DNA from: Macrostomum hystrix
Taxonomy: Eukaryota; Animalia; Platyhelminthes
Reading direction: 5' to 3'
NCBI GenBank assembly: GCA_950097015.1
Contig: CATNEN010000003.1
Coordinates: forward strand, 6,448,001 to 6,512,000
Length of the DNA: 64,000 nucleotides
Under the pieces are notes generated by a model that was given only the letters and a program-made list of their open reading frames with translations, ran no database searches and was not told the DNA's origin. The translations under genes and the position numbers were made by a program. Positions 1-13,699 of this stretch are shown piece by piece (position 1 is the first letter of the stretch; each line of letters starts with the position of its first letter).

Positions 1-91
1 AGGGCAATAAAACTTATAAAACTGGCCAGGCCTGTTTCTATTTTTAGAACTGTCGATGTACATTCAATGTACACAACCTAATCGTAACAGG

Positions 92-275
92 CACGTGAAT
101 TTTCTATAGCCAATCAGGCTTCAAGTCAAGTTATGGCTTGGAGAGGGACTCCTGCTTGTTCGTTAATGGCGGTATTTAAGGTGTTTTTATTGCTAGAGGT
201 TACAACAATTTTACATTTTTTAATGTACAATGTACAACACAGCATGTGTAATCACGTGACTGATTCCTGACCAAT
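92..275 (+). promoter_or_regulatory. Two E-box/CCAAT composite elements (CACGTG-N12-CCAAT at 92-114 and 253-275)
   Basis: Both modules have identical 12-nt spacing; no downstream gene could be assigned in the window. Confidence 0.35.
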
Positions 276-929
276 CATACTTATTCATAATGGATTTAAC
301 TAGAATGCCTGGCTACGATACCTGGCTATGATACCTGGTCAGGCGAGGCTTACCAGGAAACGACTAGGCGGACCAGATCGCGAGACTGTAGCAGCCGTTT
401 CCTCTCATCCCCATCCCATCTCTCATCCCATCTCTGATGTGTGTGCTACTCCCAGTTCGAGATCAGATTCCTTTTGCCTCGCGATGTCTGGATTTGTTAC
501 TCCTCTACCCCAAGTTTTAACCCGTGTCATGGATTCTTAACAGCCGTCTTTCTCCTAGTCTTCTTTTGCTTCAATTCAGCGAGCACAGTAGAGCCAAAAC
601 TACTCAATTCGAGCATGAACAGCTAAGGCGCATGTTGCTCTCACGGTTCAAAGATTACGGAGTTAACATTGGCCTGTGTTTGGCTCATCCCGACAAAGGA
701 ATCCCTTGGAGTTTTTTTGATATTTAGCTCAGCAGTGGCCGTGCGGGCTTCGGCTAGGGGGAAATAAGACACAAAAACGAGAGCAGGGATTTGAGTACGA
801 CCTGTGACTGACAGGTTGGGGCGGCTTTGCAAAAAAACTGCTCGCTTTGGTCTTTTGTTTGCCTGGAATTAATTATTAATGTCTTCTTTCTCATCCTCTT
901 TACCTCACTTTATCATTGCCTTTTTTCTG

Positions 930-2520
930 TCCCATCTCTCTTCTAAATCTCCCATCTCTCTTCCCAATCTCCCATCTCTCTTCCCAATCTCACATCTCTC
1001 TTCCACATCTCCCATCTCTCTTCCAAATCTCTTATCTCTCTTCCCAATCTCTAGTCTCTCATCCCAATCTCACATCTCTCTTCCCAATCTCCCATCTCTC
1101 ATCCCAATCTCACATCTCTCTTCCCAATCTAACATCTCTCTTCCCAATCTCACATCTCTCTTCCTGTTCTCCCATCTCTCTTCCCAATCTCTAGTCTCTC
1201 ATCCCAATCTCCCATCTCTCTTCTAAATCTCCCATCTCTCTTCTAAATCTCCCATCTCTCTTCCCAATCTCCCATCTCTCATCCCAATCTCTAGTCTCTC
1301 TTCCCAATCTCCCATCTCTCTTCCCAACCTCTTATCTCTCTTCTCAATCTCTAGTCTCTATTCCCAATCTCTTATCTCTCTTCCCAATCTCCCATCTCTC
1401 ATCCCAATTTCACATCTCTCTTCCCAATCTCACATCTCTCTTCCCAATCTCACATCTCTCTTCCTGTTCTCCCATCTCTCTTCCCAATCTCTAGTCTCTC
1501 ATCCCAATCTCCCATCTCTATTCCCAATCTCCCATCTCTCTTCCCAACCTCTTATCTCTCTTCCCAATCTCTAGTCTCTATTCCCAATCTCTTATCTCTC
1601 TTCCCAATCTCCCATCTCTCATCCCAATCTCACATCTCTCTTCCCAATCTCACATCTCTCTTCCCAATCTCACATCTCTCTTCCTGTTCTCCCATCTCTC
1701 TTCCCAATCTCTAGTCTCTCATCCCAATCTCCCATCTCTCTTCTAAATCTCCCATCTCTCTTCCCAACCTCTTATCTCTCTTCCCAATCTCTAGTCTCTC
1801 TTCCACATCTCCCATCTCTCTTCCCAATCTCTAGTCTCTATTCCCAATCTCTTATCTCTCTTCCCAATCTCCCATCTCTCATCCCAATCTCACATCTCTC
1901 TTCCCAATCTCACATCTCTCTTCCCAATCTCACATCTCTCTTCCTGTTCTCCCATCTCTCTTCCCAATCTCTAGTCTCTCATCCCAATCTCCCATCTCTC
2001 TTCTAAATCTCCCATCTCTCTTCCCAACCTCTTATCTCTCTTCCCAATCTCTAGTCTCTCTTCCACATCTCCCATCTCTCATCCCAATCTCACATCTCTC
2101 ATCCCAATCTCCCATCTCTCTTCCTGTTCTCCCATCTCTCTTCCCAATCTCTAGTCTCTCATCCCAATCTCCCATCTCTATTCCCAATCTCCCATCTCTC
2201 TTCCCAATCTCTAGTCTCTCATCCCAATCTCCCATCTCTCTTCCTGTTCTCCTATCTCTCTTCCCAATCTCTTATCTCTCTTCCCAATCTCTTATCTCTC
2301 TTCCTGTACTCCCATCTCTCTTCCCAATCTCTTATCTCTCTTCCTGTACTCCCATCTCTCTTCCCAATCTCTTATCTCTCTTCCTGTACTCCCATCTCTC
2401 TTCCCAATCTCTTATCTCTCTTCCCAATCTCTTATCTCTCTTCCCAATCTCTAGTCTCTCTTCCCAATCTCCCATCTCTCTTCCCAACCTCTAGTCTCTA
2501 TTCCCAATCTCCCATCTCTC
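930..2520. repeat. Minisatellite, 20-bp unit (CCCATCTCTCTTCCCAATCT)
   Basis: About 80 tandem units in register with the 10-nt blocks; variants ctagtc/cacatc/cttatc. Confidence 0.97.
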
Positions 2521-3039
2521 CATAAGCCTTATCTCACGTTTCTCTGTTTTTCGATGTGTAACTTCTTGTTCGAATATGGATATCAGTGCATGCTTTTTTA
2601 ACGCAACAGGACCCCCTTTCTAGGTGGATTGATTGAAAAAAATTCCCGTATGAAATTCCCGTACATTATCAACATTGGGAGATAATGGATTTTTTCCGCG
2701 AGCTCAAGAATTCTAGAAGGGAATTGGATATTTATGTTTTTTCTTCCTCTTTTGAGTGACACCTGGTTTGTTTGTCATTTCACTGCCATAAGGAATGGCC
2801 CATAGCTCTCCTGATCTAGTGTAAATGGCATCGCGTTAATGGACTAATTGGATGTTACAAATGCTTGCTTTGTTTAACAACTTGTTCTTTAGCATGTGGC
2901 GCTAATTGATATCGAATGTTGTCTGGCTTTCTCAAACTCCACCTGAGTATCACAGACAAACACTGCTTTTACTCTTGCTTTTTTATATGGTCTAATCGTT
3001 TGATCAATCTCAAAATTTGACTTCATTTTTATATATGAA

Positions 3040-4185
3040 GTCTCTCTCTGTCTCTCTCTGTCTTTCTTCCCTCTCTCTCTGTCTTTCTTCCCTCTCTCTC
3101 TGTCTTTCTCCCCCCCCTCTCTCTCTGTCTTTCTCCCCCCTCTCTCTCTGTCTTTCTCCCCCCTCTCTCTCTGTCTTTCTTCCCTCTCTCTCTGTCTTTC
3201 TTCCCTCTCCCTCTGTCTTTCCATCCATATCACTGCCTTTACTCCTGCCTCTCTCAGTCTTTCTCCCACTCTGTCTTTCCCCTCCTCTCAGTCTTTCTCC
3301 CCCTCTCAGTCTTTCTCCCCCCTCTCTCGGTCTTTCTTCCCTCTCTCTCAGTCTTTCTTACCCCTCTCTCTGTCTTTCTCCCCCCTCTCTCTATGTCTTT
3401 CTTCCCTCTCTCTGTCTCTCTTCCCTCTCTCTCTCTGCCTTTCTTCCCCCTCCCTCTGTCTTTCTTCCCTCTCTCTCAGTATTTCTTACCCCTCTCTCGC
3501 AATCTTTCTTCCCCTCTCTCTATGTCTTTCTTCCCTCTCTCTGTCTCTCTTCCCTCTCTCTCTGCCTTTCTTCCCCCTCCCTCTGTCTTTCTTCCCTCTC
3601 TCTCAGTATTTCTTACCCCTCTCTCTCAATCTTTCTGCCCCCTCTCTCTCTGTTTTTCTTCCCCTCTCTCTCTGTCTTTCTTCCCTCTCTCTCTGTCTTT
3701 CTTCCCTCTCTCTCTCTGTCTTTCTTCCCTCTCTCTCTGTCTTTCTTCCCTCTCTCTCTGTCTTTCTTCCCTCTCTCTCTGCCTTTCTTCCCCCTCCCTC
3801 TGTCTTTCTTCCCTCTCTCTCAGTATTTCTTACCCCTCTCTCTGTCTTTCTCCCCCCTCTCTCTCTGTCTTTCTTCCCTCTCTCTCTCTGTCTTTCTTCC
3901 CTCTCTCTCTGTCTTTCTCCCCCCACTCTCTCTGTCTTTCTCCCCCCTCTCTCTCTGTCTTTCTTCCCCCTCTCTCTCTGTCTTTCTTCCCTCTCTCTCT
4001 GTCTTTCTTCCCTCTCTCTCTGTCTTTCTTCCCTCTCTCTCTGTCTTTCTTCCCTCTCTCTCTGTCTTTCTTCCCTCTCTCTCTGTCTTTCTTCCCTCTC
4101 CCTCTGTCTTTCTTCCCCTCTCTATCTCTCTATCCCTCTCTGTCTTTCTACCCCTCTCTGTCTCTCTACTCCTCTCTCTCTCAGA
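3040..4185. repeat. Polypyrimidine (CT-rich) minisatellite, ~21-23-bp unit (CTGTCTTTCTTCCCTCTCTCT)
   Basis: Almost exclusively C/T on + strand; generates spurious L/S/F-rich ORFs. Confidence 0.95.
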
Positions 4186-4777
4186 CTTTGTTCTCTTCAC
4201 TCTCCATGACTGCATCTCCCTTGAATGACATTGTGTAACTATTTACTGCCCTCTAACTCTGGAACGTGCAACCAATTTAAAATAATACTTTATCTAGTTT
4301 CCTAAGGCGTCTGTTTTTCGGTTTTAATTGTCTTGAAAGTGGCCTTGAGGAATAGCTAGCTATTTTTTCCGAGGTCGATCAAATTTCTCTACCGCTCTGT
4401 TATTATCAAACCTTTTAAAAGATGTTTCTCATCTGATCTGTAAGCCGAGTCTTGCTTATCTCCTTACTCATCTCAACTCAGCTTAAACTATGGTGCCACA
4501 GATAATGGCATACCATCGAGCTCATTTAAACAATAAAATATAACTCAAAATGATCAGCGTTCCTAAGTGCTTCCATCTGTTATTAAGAAAGTCAGTTGTA
4601 TGCTTGTTTTGTTTTTGAAAGCAACAAAAGCTATATTGAAAGCATTAGGGTCCAATCGGAATCTATTCATGCTTTCAAAAGATCAGATTTCAACTTAAAA
4701 ATGAAGATAGCAGACTAATGGTTCACTCGAATTGGTCTCTGCTGATGGCTTTTGTGTAGTAGCAACAACAGCAGCAC

Positions 4778-5440
4778 ATATCTAACAGGTATGCCTTATA
4801 TCTAACAGGTGTGGCTTATATCTAACAGGTGTGGCTTATATCTAACAGGTGTGGCTTATATCTAACAGGTGTGGCTTATATCTAACAGGTGTGGCTTATA
4901 TCTAACAGGTGTAACTTTTATCTAACAGGTATGCCTTATATCTAACAGGTGTGGCTTATATCTAACAGGTGTGGCTTATATCTACCAGGTGTGGCTTATA
5001 TCTAACAGGTGTGGCTTATATCTAACAGGTGTGGCTTATATCTAACAGGTGTAACTTTTATCTAACAGGTATGCCTTATATCTAACAGGTGTGGCTTATA
5101 TCTAACAGGTGTGGCTTATATCTAACAGGTGTGGCTTATATCTAACAGGTGTAACTTTTATCTAACAGGTGTGGCTTATATCTAACAGGTGTGCCTTATA
5201 TCTAACAGGTGTGGCTTATATCTAACAGGTGTGGCTTATATCTAACAGGTGTGCCTTATATCTAACAGGTGTGGCTTATATCTAACAGGTGTGGCTTATA
5301 TATAACAGGTGTGGCTTATATCTAACAGGTGGGGCTTATATCTGACAGGTGTGGCTTATATCTAACAGGTGTAACTTATATCTAACAGGTGTGGCTTATA
5401 TCTGACAGGTGTGGCTTATATCTAACAGGTGTAGCTTGTG
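4778..5440. repeat. Minisatellite, 20-bp unit (TATCTAACAGGTGTGGCTTA)
   Basis: About 33 tandem units. Confidence 0.97.
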
Positions 5441-5459
5441 TCTTACTGGTGTATCTAGG

Positions 5460-7682
5460 GTAGGGTCTGACAGGGTCTAACAGGAGTACTTAGAGTCTAA
5501 CAGGTGTTATCTAAAGTCTAACATGTGTTATCTAGGATCTAAAAGGTGTATCTAGGATTTAACAGGCGTATCTAGGATCTAACAGGTGTATCTAGTATCT
5601 AACAGGTGTATCTAGGATCTAACAGGTGTTATCTAGGATCTTACAGGTGTTATCTAGGATCTAACAGGTGTATCTAGGATCTAACAGGTGTATCTAGGAT
5701 CTAACAGGTGTTATCTAGGATCTAACAGGTGTATCTAGGATCTTAAATGTTTTATCTAGTATCTAACAGGTGTATCTAGGATCTAACAGGTTTTATCTAG
5801 TATCTAACAGGTGTATCTAGGATCTAACAGGTGTTATCTAGGATTTAACAGGTGTTTTCTAGGATCTAACAGGTGTATCTAGGATCTAACAGGTGTTATC
5901 TAGTATCTAACAGGTGTATCTGGGTACTAACAGGTATATCTGGGTACTAACAGGTGTATCTAGGATCTAACAGGTTTTATCTAGGATCTAACAGGTTTTA
6001 TCTAGTATCTAACAGGTGTATCTAGGATCTAACAGGTGTTATCTAGGATTTAACAGGTGTTTTCTAGGATCTAACAGGTGTATCTAGGATCTAACAGGTG
6101 TATCTAGTATCTAACAGGTGTATCTGGGTACTAACAGGTATATCTGGGTACTAACAGGTGTATCTAGGATCTAACAGGTGTTATCTAGGATCTAACAGGT
6201 GTTATCTAGGATCTAACAGGTGTATCTAGGATCTAACAGGTGTATCTAGGATCTAACAGGTGTTATCTAGGATCTAACAGGTGTATCTAGGATCTTAAAT
6301 GTTTTATCTAGTATCTAACAGGTGTATCTAGGATCTAACAGGTTTTATCTAGTATCTAACAGGTGTATCTAGGATCTAACAGGTGTTATCTAGGATTTAA
6401 CAGGTGTTTTCTAGGATCTAACAGGTGTATCTAGGATCTAACAGGTGTTATCTAGTATCTAACAGGTGTATCTGGGTACTAACAGGTATATCTGGGTACT
6501 AACAGGTGTATCTAGGATCTAACAGGTTTTATCTAGGATCTAACAGGTTTTATCTAGTATCTAACAGGTGTATCCTGGGATCTAACAGGTGTTATCTAGG
6601 TTCTAACAGGTGTATCTAGGATCTAACAGGTTTTATCTAGTATCTAACAGGTGTATCTAGGATCTAACAGGTTTTATCTAGGTTCTAACAGGTGTATCTA
6701 GGATCTAACAGGTTTTATCTAGTATCTAACAGGTGTATCCTGGGATCTAACAGGTGTTATCTAGGTTGTAACAGGTGTATCTAGGATCTAACAGGTTTTA
6801 TCTTGGATTGAACAGGTGTATCTAGGTTCTAACAGGTTTTATCTAGTATCTTACAGATGTATCCTGGGATCTAACAGGTGTTATCTAGGTTCTAACAGGT
6901 GTATCTAGGATCTAACAGGTGTATCTAGGATCTGACAGGTGTTATCTAGGATCTAACAGATTCATCTAGGATCTAACAGGTGTATCTAGGATCTAACAGG
7001 TGTTATCTAGGATGTAACAGGTGTTATCTAGGATGTAACAGGTGTTATCTAGGATGTAACAGGTGTTATCTTGGATTGAATAGGTGTTATCTAGGATGTA
7101 ACAGGTGTTATCTAGGATTTAACAGGTGTATCTAGGATCTAACAGGTGTATCTAGGATCTAACAGGTGTATCTAGGATCTAACAGGTGTTATCTAGGATG
7201 TAACAGGTGTTATCTAGGATGTAACAGGTGTTATCTAGGATGTAACAGGTGTTATCTTGGATTGAACAGGTGTTATCTAGGATGTAACAGGTGTTATCTA
7301 GGATTTAACAGGTGTATCTAGGATCTAACAGGTGTATCTAGGATCTAACAGGTGTATCTAGGATCTAACAGGTGTTATCTAGTATCTAACAGGTGTATCT
7401 GGGATCTAACAGGTGTTATCTAGGGTCTAACAGGTGTTATCTAGGATCTAAAAGTTGTATCTAGGATTTAACAGGTGTATCTAGGATCTAACAGGTGTAT
7501 CTAGTATCTAACAGGTGTATCTAGGATCTAACAGGTGTTATCTAGGATCTTACAGGTGTTATCTAGAATCTAACAGGTGTATCTGGGATCTTACAGGTGT
7601 TATCTAGGATCTAACAGGTGTTATCTAGGATCTAACAGGTGTTATCTAGGGTCTAACAGGTGTATCTAGGATCCAACAGGTG
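5460..7682. repeat. Minisatellite, 20/21-bp unit (TATCTAGGATCTAACAGGTG[T]) with higher-order duplications
   Basis: About 105 units; shares TCTAACAGGTG with the adjacent array; rare variant TCTTAAATGT recurs at 5741 and 6293. Confidence 0.97.
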
Positions 7683-8359
7683 CCGCTATTTTTTTAAATG
7701 CAGCCTTTTTAGAAATATTCTCGCTGTTAATATTTTGACGCCCAAAGTTGAGCACTGCATGCTCAAACCCTGTGTCAATGTAGCTGCTCTGCTCCTACCG
7801 TATTTCAAAATGCCACAAAATATTAAACACTATGAGACTATAGGAACAGAACAGAAGGTAAAAAGTAGGTATATAAAAAAGCCCAAGAAAAGACAAACAC
7901 GAGAGTCGGATAGTAACAAGTGGCAGCCCCTGTGCTACAAGCGTTCGTGCTCAGGTATACTCAATCATTTCTCCATCTCTCGCTTTCTCTCTTCGCGGCT
8001 TCGATAGTTTACTCGACTCAACAAAACGCCACCCCCACCACCCCCACCCCCACACGCGATTTGCACTGTTGCATTGGTCGCGTGTATGAGAACCATTTGC
8101 TGGATAATCGTGTATTTAGTAAACTGAATGTTCCCATTTTTTTACAATCGTCCTAGGCCTAGCCTATATAGACTGCAGTTGATATGCTTTTTTAAATCTT
8201 TTGATTACAAACCTCTTTGGATTCTGTTCGTTGTAATTGCTACTATGTTCATGCTGATATTCCTCAAACTGGGCAACTTCACTAGTACACTACTAGTACA
8301 CTGACTGTTATTGGGATCTATAACATATGGGATATCTTCATAATATCGTAAGAACAACC

Positions 8360-9760
8360 CCGACAATGTCCTCACAACAGCCTCCAGAATATCCTCACTA
8401 CAAACCCAACAATATCCTCACAAAAAACTAAACAATATCCTCACAAAAAACTAAACAATATCCTCACAACAAACTAAACAATATCCTCACAACAAACTAA
8501 ACAATATCCTCAGAACAGCCTCAAGAATATCCTCACAACAAACAAAATAATATCCTCACAACAAACTAAACAATATCCTCACAACAAACTAAACAATATC
8601 CTCAGAACAGCCTCAAGAATATCCTCACAACAAACAAAATAATATCCTCACAACAAACTAAACAATATCCTCACAACAAACTAAACAATATCCTCACAAC
8701 AAACTAAACAATATCCTCACAACAAACTAAACAATATCCTCACAACAAACTAAACAATATCCTCACAACAAACTAAACAATATCCTCACAACAAACTAAA
8801 CAATATCCTCACAACAAACTAAACAATATCCTCACAACAAACTAAACAATGTCCTCACAACAAACTAAACAGGATCCTCACAACAAACTAAACAGGATCC
8901 TCACAACAAACTAAACAATATCCTCACAACAAACTAAATAATATCCTCACAACAAACTAAACAATATCCTCACAACAAACTAAACAATATCCTCACAACA
9001 AACTAAACAATATCCTCACAACAAACTAAACAATATCCTCACAACAAACTAAACAATATCCTCACAACAAACTAAATAATATCCTAACAACAAACTAAAT
9101 AATATCCTCACAACAAACTAAACAGGATCCTCACAACAAACTAAACAATATCCTCACAACAAACTAAACAGGATCCTCACAACAAACTAAACAGGATCCT
9201 CACAACAAACTAAACAGGATCCTCACAACAAACTAAACAATATCCTCACTACAAACTAAACAATATCCTCACTACAAACTAAACAATATCCTCACAACAA
9301 ACTAAACAGGATCCTCACAACAAACTAAACAGGATCCTCACAACAAACTAAACAATATCCTCACAACAAACTAAACAGGATCCTCACAACAAACTAAACA
9401 GGATCCTCACAACAAACTAAACAATATCCTCACTACAAACTAAACAGGATCCTCACAACAAACTAAACAGGATCCTCACAACAAACTAAACAGGATCCTC
9501 ACAACAAACTAAACAGGATCCTCACAACAAACTAAACAGGATCCTCACAACAAACTAAACAATATCCTCACTACAAACTAAACAATATCCTCACTACAAA
9601 CTAAACAATATCCTCACAACAAACTAAACAGGATCCTCACAACAAACTAAACAGGATCCTCACAACAAACTAAACAGGATCCTCACAACAAACTAAACAG
9701 GATCCTCACAACAAACTAAACAATATCCTCACTACAAACTAAACAGGATCCTCACAACAG
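8360..9760. repeat. Minisatellite, 23-bp unit (AATATCCTCACAACAAACTAAAC)
   Basis: About 60 units; AATATCC variant on the left shifts to AGGATCC on the right; almost G-free + strand. Confidence 0.97.
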
Positions 9761-11910
9761 CCTTATAACAAACTCCAAAGCATCAGTAAAATTTCATATT
9801 CTGAGGAATGAATCAGAATTGGAGAACATTTAATTAAATTTCAAACTAACGCACGTATACTCGTATTTCCGGTCAGCAGTAGCTCAACTATCATTGGCAC
9901 CGAATGAAAACACACCGAGAATGTGAGTCTACTCAAAAATTGCCAAACTCAATAAGCCCATCTCGGCCCAATTTAATCTTAATAGTCTCTCTTCAGTTTC
10001 CGTTTGGCTTTGCAAAATTGAATCCCCATCCGTTGGGATTCTGGAAAGGTTGTGCCTTTCCTTCTTCATCTAATAGTGTTTAACTTGAAGAGAGCTGTAA
10101 AAAATGATGAAGAGAATTGAGACTGAGCCAGTAATGAGATGGAAGCTCTGTTGAATTGCCGACCTCAAAGAGGGGACGAATCTTTTTGTCCCCAACAAAA
10201 TCGAGCTCCCCCTGATGCCTCTTATTAAGCTCGCCATTTCCCGATGTGGGACTCCTAGTTCTTTGAGCAGTCTGCCGTTATGAAACAACCAGAAAATTCG
10301 TATTTCGCTCGTAGCCACAGGCGGATTTCGCTTTACCGAGGAAGCCAAATTCAATGCGGACGACTGGCTGGCTGGATGCTGAGTTGGTAGGGGGGGTATA
10401 ACTGCATCATCAAAAGATGAATTTATTGGAAATATGCTTCATAGCCTGGCACGGCTGCTGCAGCAGAGGGGGGATTTTAATCCCAGCGATTTAACACGCA
10501 TCAGTAAGCTGAAGCAGCATGAAATCGATTTCGATTATTTAGTATCCCGCCTATATAGAAGAGCAGAATTTCGTTAGGGATTACCTGACGCCAGTTCCAG
10601 TGAATTCGGTAACTAAGCCAATATACTGAGGCATTGGCCATTGTGAAATACTCGATAATTCTTCTCTTCTTCTGGCCTAGGTTAACAGAGGGAATATAGA
10701 CAAGAGCAGGCGCATAATTCCTTAACCAATGAGTGAGACCCTGCCTTCGGGCCGGACATTAAATCTGACATTGAAATTCTTATATTGACTTTTTTCTGGG
10801 AGAAGAAATCTTTTAATTGAGAAGCTTTTTTTCTGATGCTACGCAGAAATTCGATTTTCCGTTAGACAATTCAAATTTTATTCCCATTTCTTACAAAGGA
10901 TATTACTAGCTATCAAGGTGAATACGGCTGGCTAGACTTGGGAAACTGCTGATTCAATCCCGGTCTCCTTCTCCGTTTCAACTCAAGTGCCTCCAGGGAG
11001 TAGACTTGGCATTGGTGGGTCCTGAGTTCGAATCCACCATTTTCGAGGCCTTTTATATTTAAACACTGAGGAGACCGGAGAAATCCGGACTTAGGGGGAG
11101 TATGTTCATGGTTTCTAGACGAAGGAAAGACAGGGCATGATGTACAACCTTGCGTCTACTAACTAGCCGATATGTATCGAAATACTCACAATTGAAGAGT
11201 TTGTTGGGCAGTTTTCTTTGAACTCAAAGCGAAATCGGACACGCACGAGCAGATAAACAAAGCATAATTTAGTGCATTCGAGGAAAAAACTCTTTGTCGA
11301 GCAGTTTTTTGATAGCCGTGTGTCAAAAAAAGACCAAAGCGACGTTAAGCAAAGCTCGGTGCCGGTGCCCTGACAACAACCAGTTGCTATGCGGGCCATT
11401 TCTGTCTTTTGATGCTTCTGTGCCGTCTAAAGCGTTTAATTTTTGCTTTGTTATTTTACAGGGCCGCTTGCCCACAATGCGACCCTCTGCCCACTCCAGT
11501 TTTGCCAAAGAATCCCCAATCTCTCTTGTTTTTGGTTTGCATCTTTGCTTTGACAATGTCTTCTCAAACATGCCAAATCCATATCGCTGAATTCCTTTGA
11601 TATTAGGGGGCTGAGTGCTTTAATACTGATAGGATAGTGGCTACAAGATAATGACTAAATGGCAAAGTGAGTGACACACATACGTATTAGCAGATCAAAT
11701 TATATTGCACTTTCAGAGTCAACCATTATTTCGTTATGGTCTAAAAACATGCCATTCCATAATTATCTTTGCAGTAAAATGAAGCCAAACTACGACGACC
11801 ATCTCCTCACATGTAAAAAAGACTGAAGTCTATTAATGTCAATCTGAATAAAATTCTGACGACAAGCAAAAGCGATATACATTTTTATTAAGTTTTCTAA
11901 ATATTAGCTT

Positions 11911-12190
11911 TAATGTACATCGACTAGCGACAATCTCCCTCCGTTTCCAAAGACGAAATTCAGTGTACATCGATCAGAACGACCTTCCTCCATTTCTAAC
12001 CATTAGCCTCAATGTACACTGACCAGCAACAACCTCGCTCCGTTTCTAAAAACGAAACTCAATGTACACTGACCAGCGACAACCTCCCTCCATTTATAAG
12101 ATGAGATTCGATGTACATTGACCAGCGATAACCTCCCTCCGTTTCATAAGATGAGATTTAATGTAGATTGACCAGCGACTACCGCCATAC
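11911..12190. repeat. Degenerate tandem repeat, ~49-50-bp unit (AATGTACAYTGACCAGCGACAACCTCCCTCCGTTTC...)
   Basis: About 6 diverged copies. Confidence 0.8.
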
Positions 12191-13699
12191 GTTCCTAGCG
12201 ACAAAGTAAACAGTTATTATTATACAAGTATTAAAAAACTCGTTTTAAGCATTTTTCTATTGACGCTATGAAAAATCTGCTATGAAATTATATTTCATAT
12301 GGTCGCTAGCTAATAAAATATAGATAATAAGCTAGAATTGCGTGGTCTATTCGACTTTGCAGGGAATTGTGAATTTCTGTCGTCCACTCTTCATCCGATC
12401 AGATGTTAAGAAGATTAAGAGGATTACAGAATGCCACAATTTCGTGTAGCTCTCCCCCAACCACCACTTGGCTTAACTACTCAATCTATGCATCTTCTAC
12501 TCAACTCTTGTCTCTCACGAATTCCCACAACTCAAACTCAAAGTCTAGATCTTGCTTGCGTTTCGAATGAAAATAAATTATTTGAAAAGTGCCAGGAGTG
12601 TGCCGACAAAATTTGAGAAATTATTTCTTTGCAAAATTGTGATGGGTCGAGCCCGACAATCAGGTATCAAATCACATGGATATTTTTGCTTAAATTGGGA
12701 CTTTTTTATCGATCAATTTCGCAGAATTGTCTCAAAATATTGGGTGCCAGATTGGATTGTGGAGGGGATAATTTAGGATTAGGATAAAAATGGGATTAAC
12801 TAGATTTAGGATTTTCGCTCATGAATGCCAAACGATCAAGAGAGCTTGTCATGCGATCCTGTCGTGGGTTAGGGAATTATAAAAATATCTGTAGTCAACC
12901 GATTGGGAATTGATTGCCAATGCTGCATCCATTGCCACGAGTTCTCTTATCAATTATCTTTATCTTTCCCTATCGCTCTTCCCACTTCCTTCTTCCCCAA
13001 TCCTTCTTCCCCTTGTTCCTTTGTTATCCTTCTTTACTTTCCCTTTTGTTCTTTGACACGCATTGAAGTTTAGTCTATGGTACAAACCCGCCCTATCTTC
13101 ACTTCGTTCTGCCAGTGATGCTTGCCCCTTATTTAAAGCTACACATATTGCCCTGCTTATTCACCCTTGAGATGATTTGACTATTTGAAATGCTAGAATA
13201 ACAAAATAGACTAGCAACCGGTTCTTCCTTCCCAAATACGAACTCGTGTCAGATATCACATTCTTCCTCTCCTTCTTCTCCTATCCTTCTTCCCCATGAT
13301 CCAAACCTGCTTGACTTGTCAGCTCTAGAAATTCTAGCGAGAAACTTGTGCATTGTTTACTCACCTAAGAATTAGGTTAGGGATAAAATCGTCTAGAACA
13401 ATTTTCAGTTCTTCCCAAACAAGTGAGCGAAAATGCACTGTTTAGACTGAGGTCAAGCTTCAGATATAGTAAGGAAAATCTAAATGCGTGTAGAAATTCA
13501 GCAAATCAATGTCAAACTGACTCAAATCCATCAATCATAACAGACTTAGATAAACTTCATCGGAGGCGTGAGACACCAAAACAGAAAAATCTCAAGTTAA
13601 ATCAGGGATTTAAACTATCTCGATTCACAGGTTTCAAGTATTTGATTTAGCTCGTACAAAATCAGGTGTGGCTCTCGTAGAATTTCGGGCGCGATGTAT

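Noticed and set aside
328-832. Short ORFs at the window start
   Set aside because: No domain similarity; any associated gene would lie mostly outside the window and cannot be supported
879-4238. Long ORFs of 92-403 aa rich in S/L/P/F or R/E/G
   Set aside because: They are translations of CT-rich minisatellites, open in several frames and strands, with no domain content
10995-11095. tRNA-like B-box (GAGTTCGAATCC) and hammerhead-like CTGAGGA-GACCGGAGAAATCCGGAC
   Set aside because: No cloverleaf can be built, and the GAAA required after hammerhead stem II is missing; at most a decayed SINE head
11163-11600. Overlapping 63-98-aa ORFs with moderately coding-like composition
   Set aside because: No recognisable motif, no consistent splice signals, no frame preference
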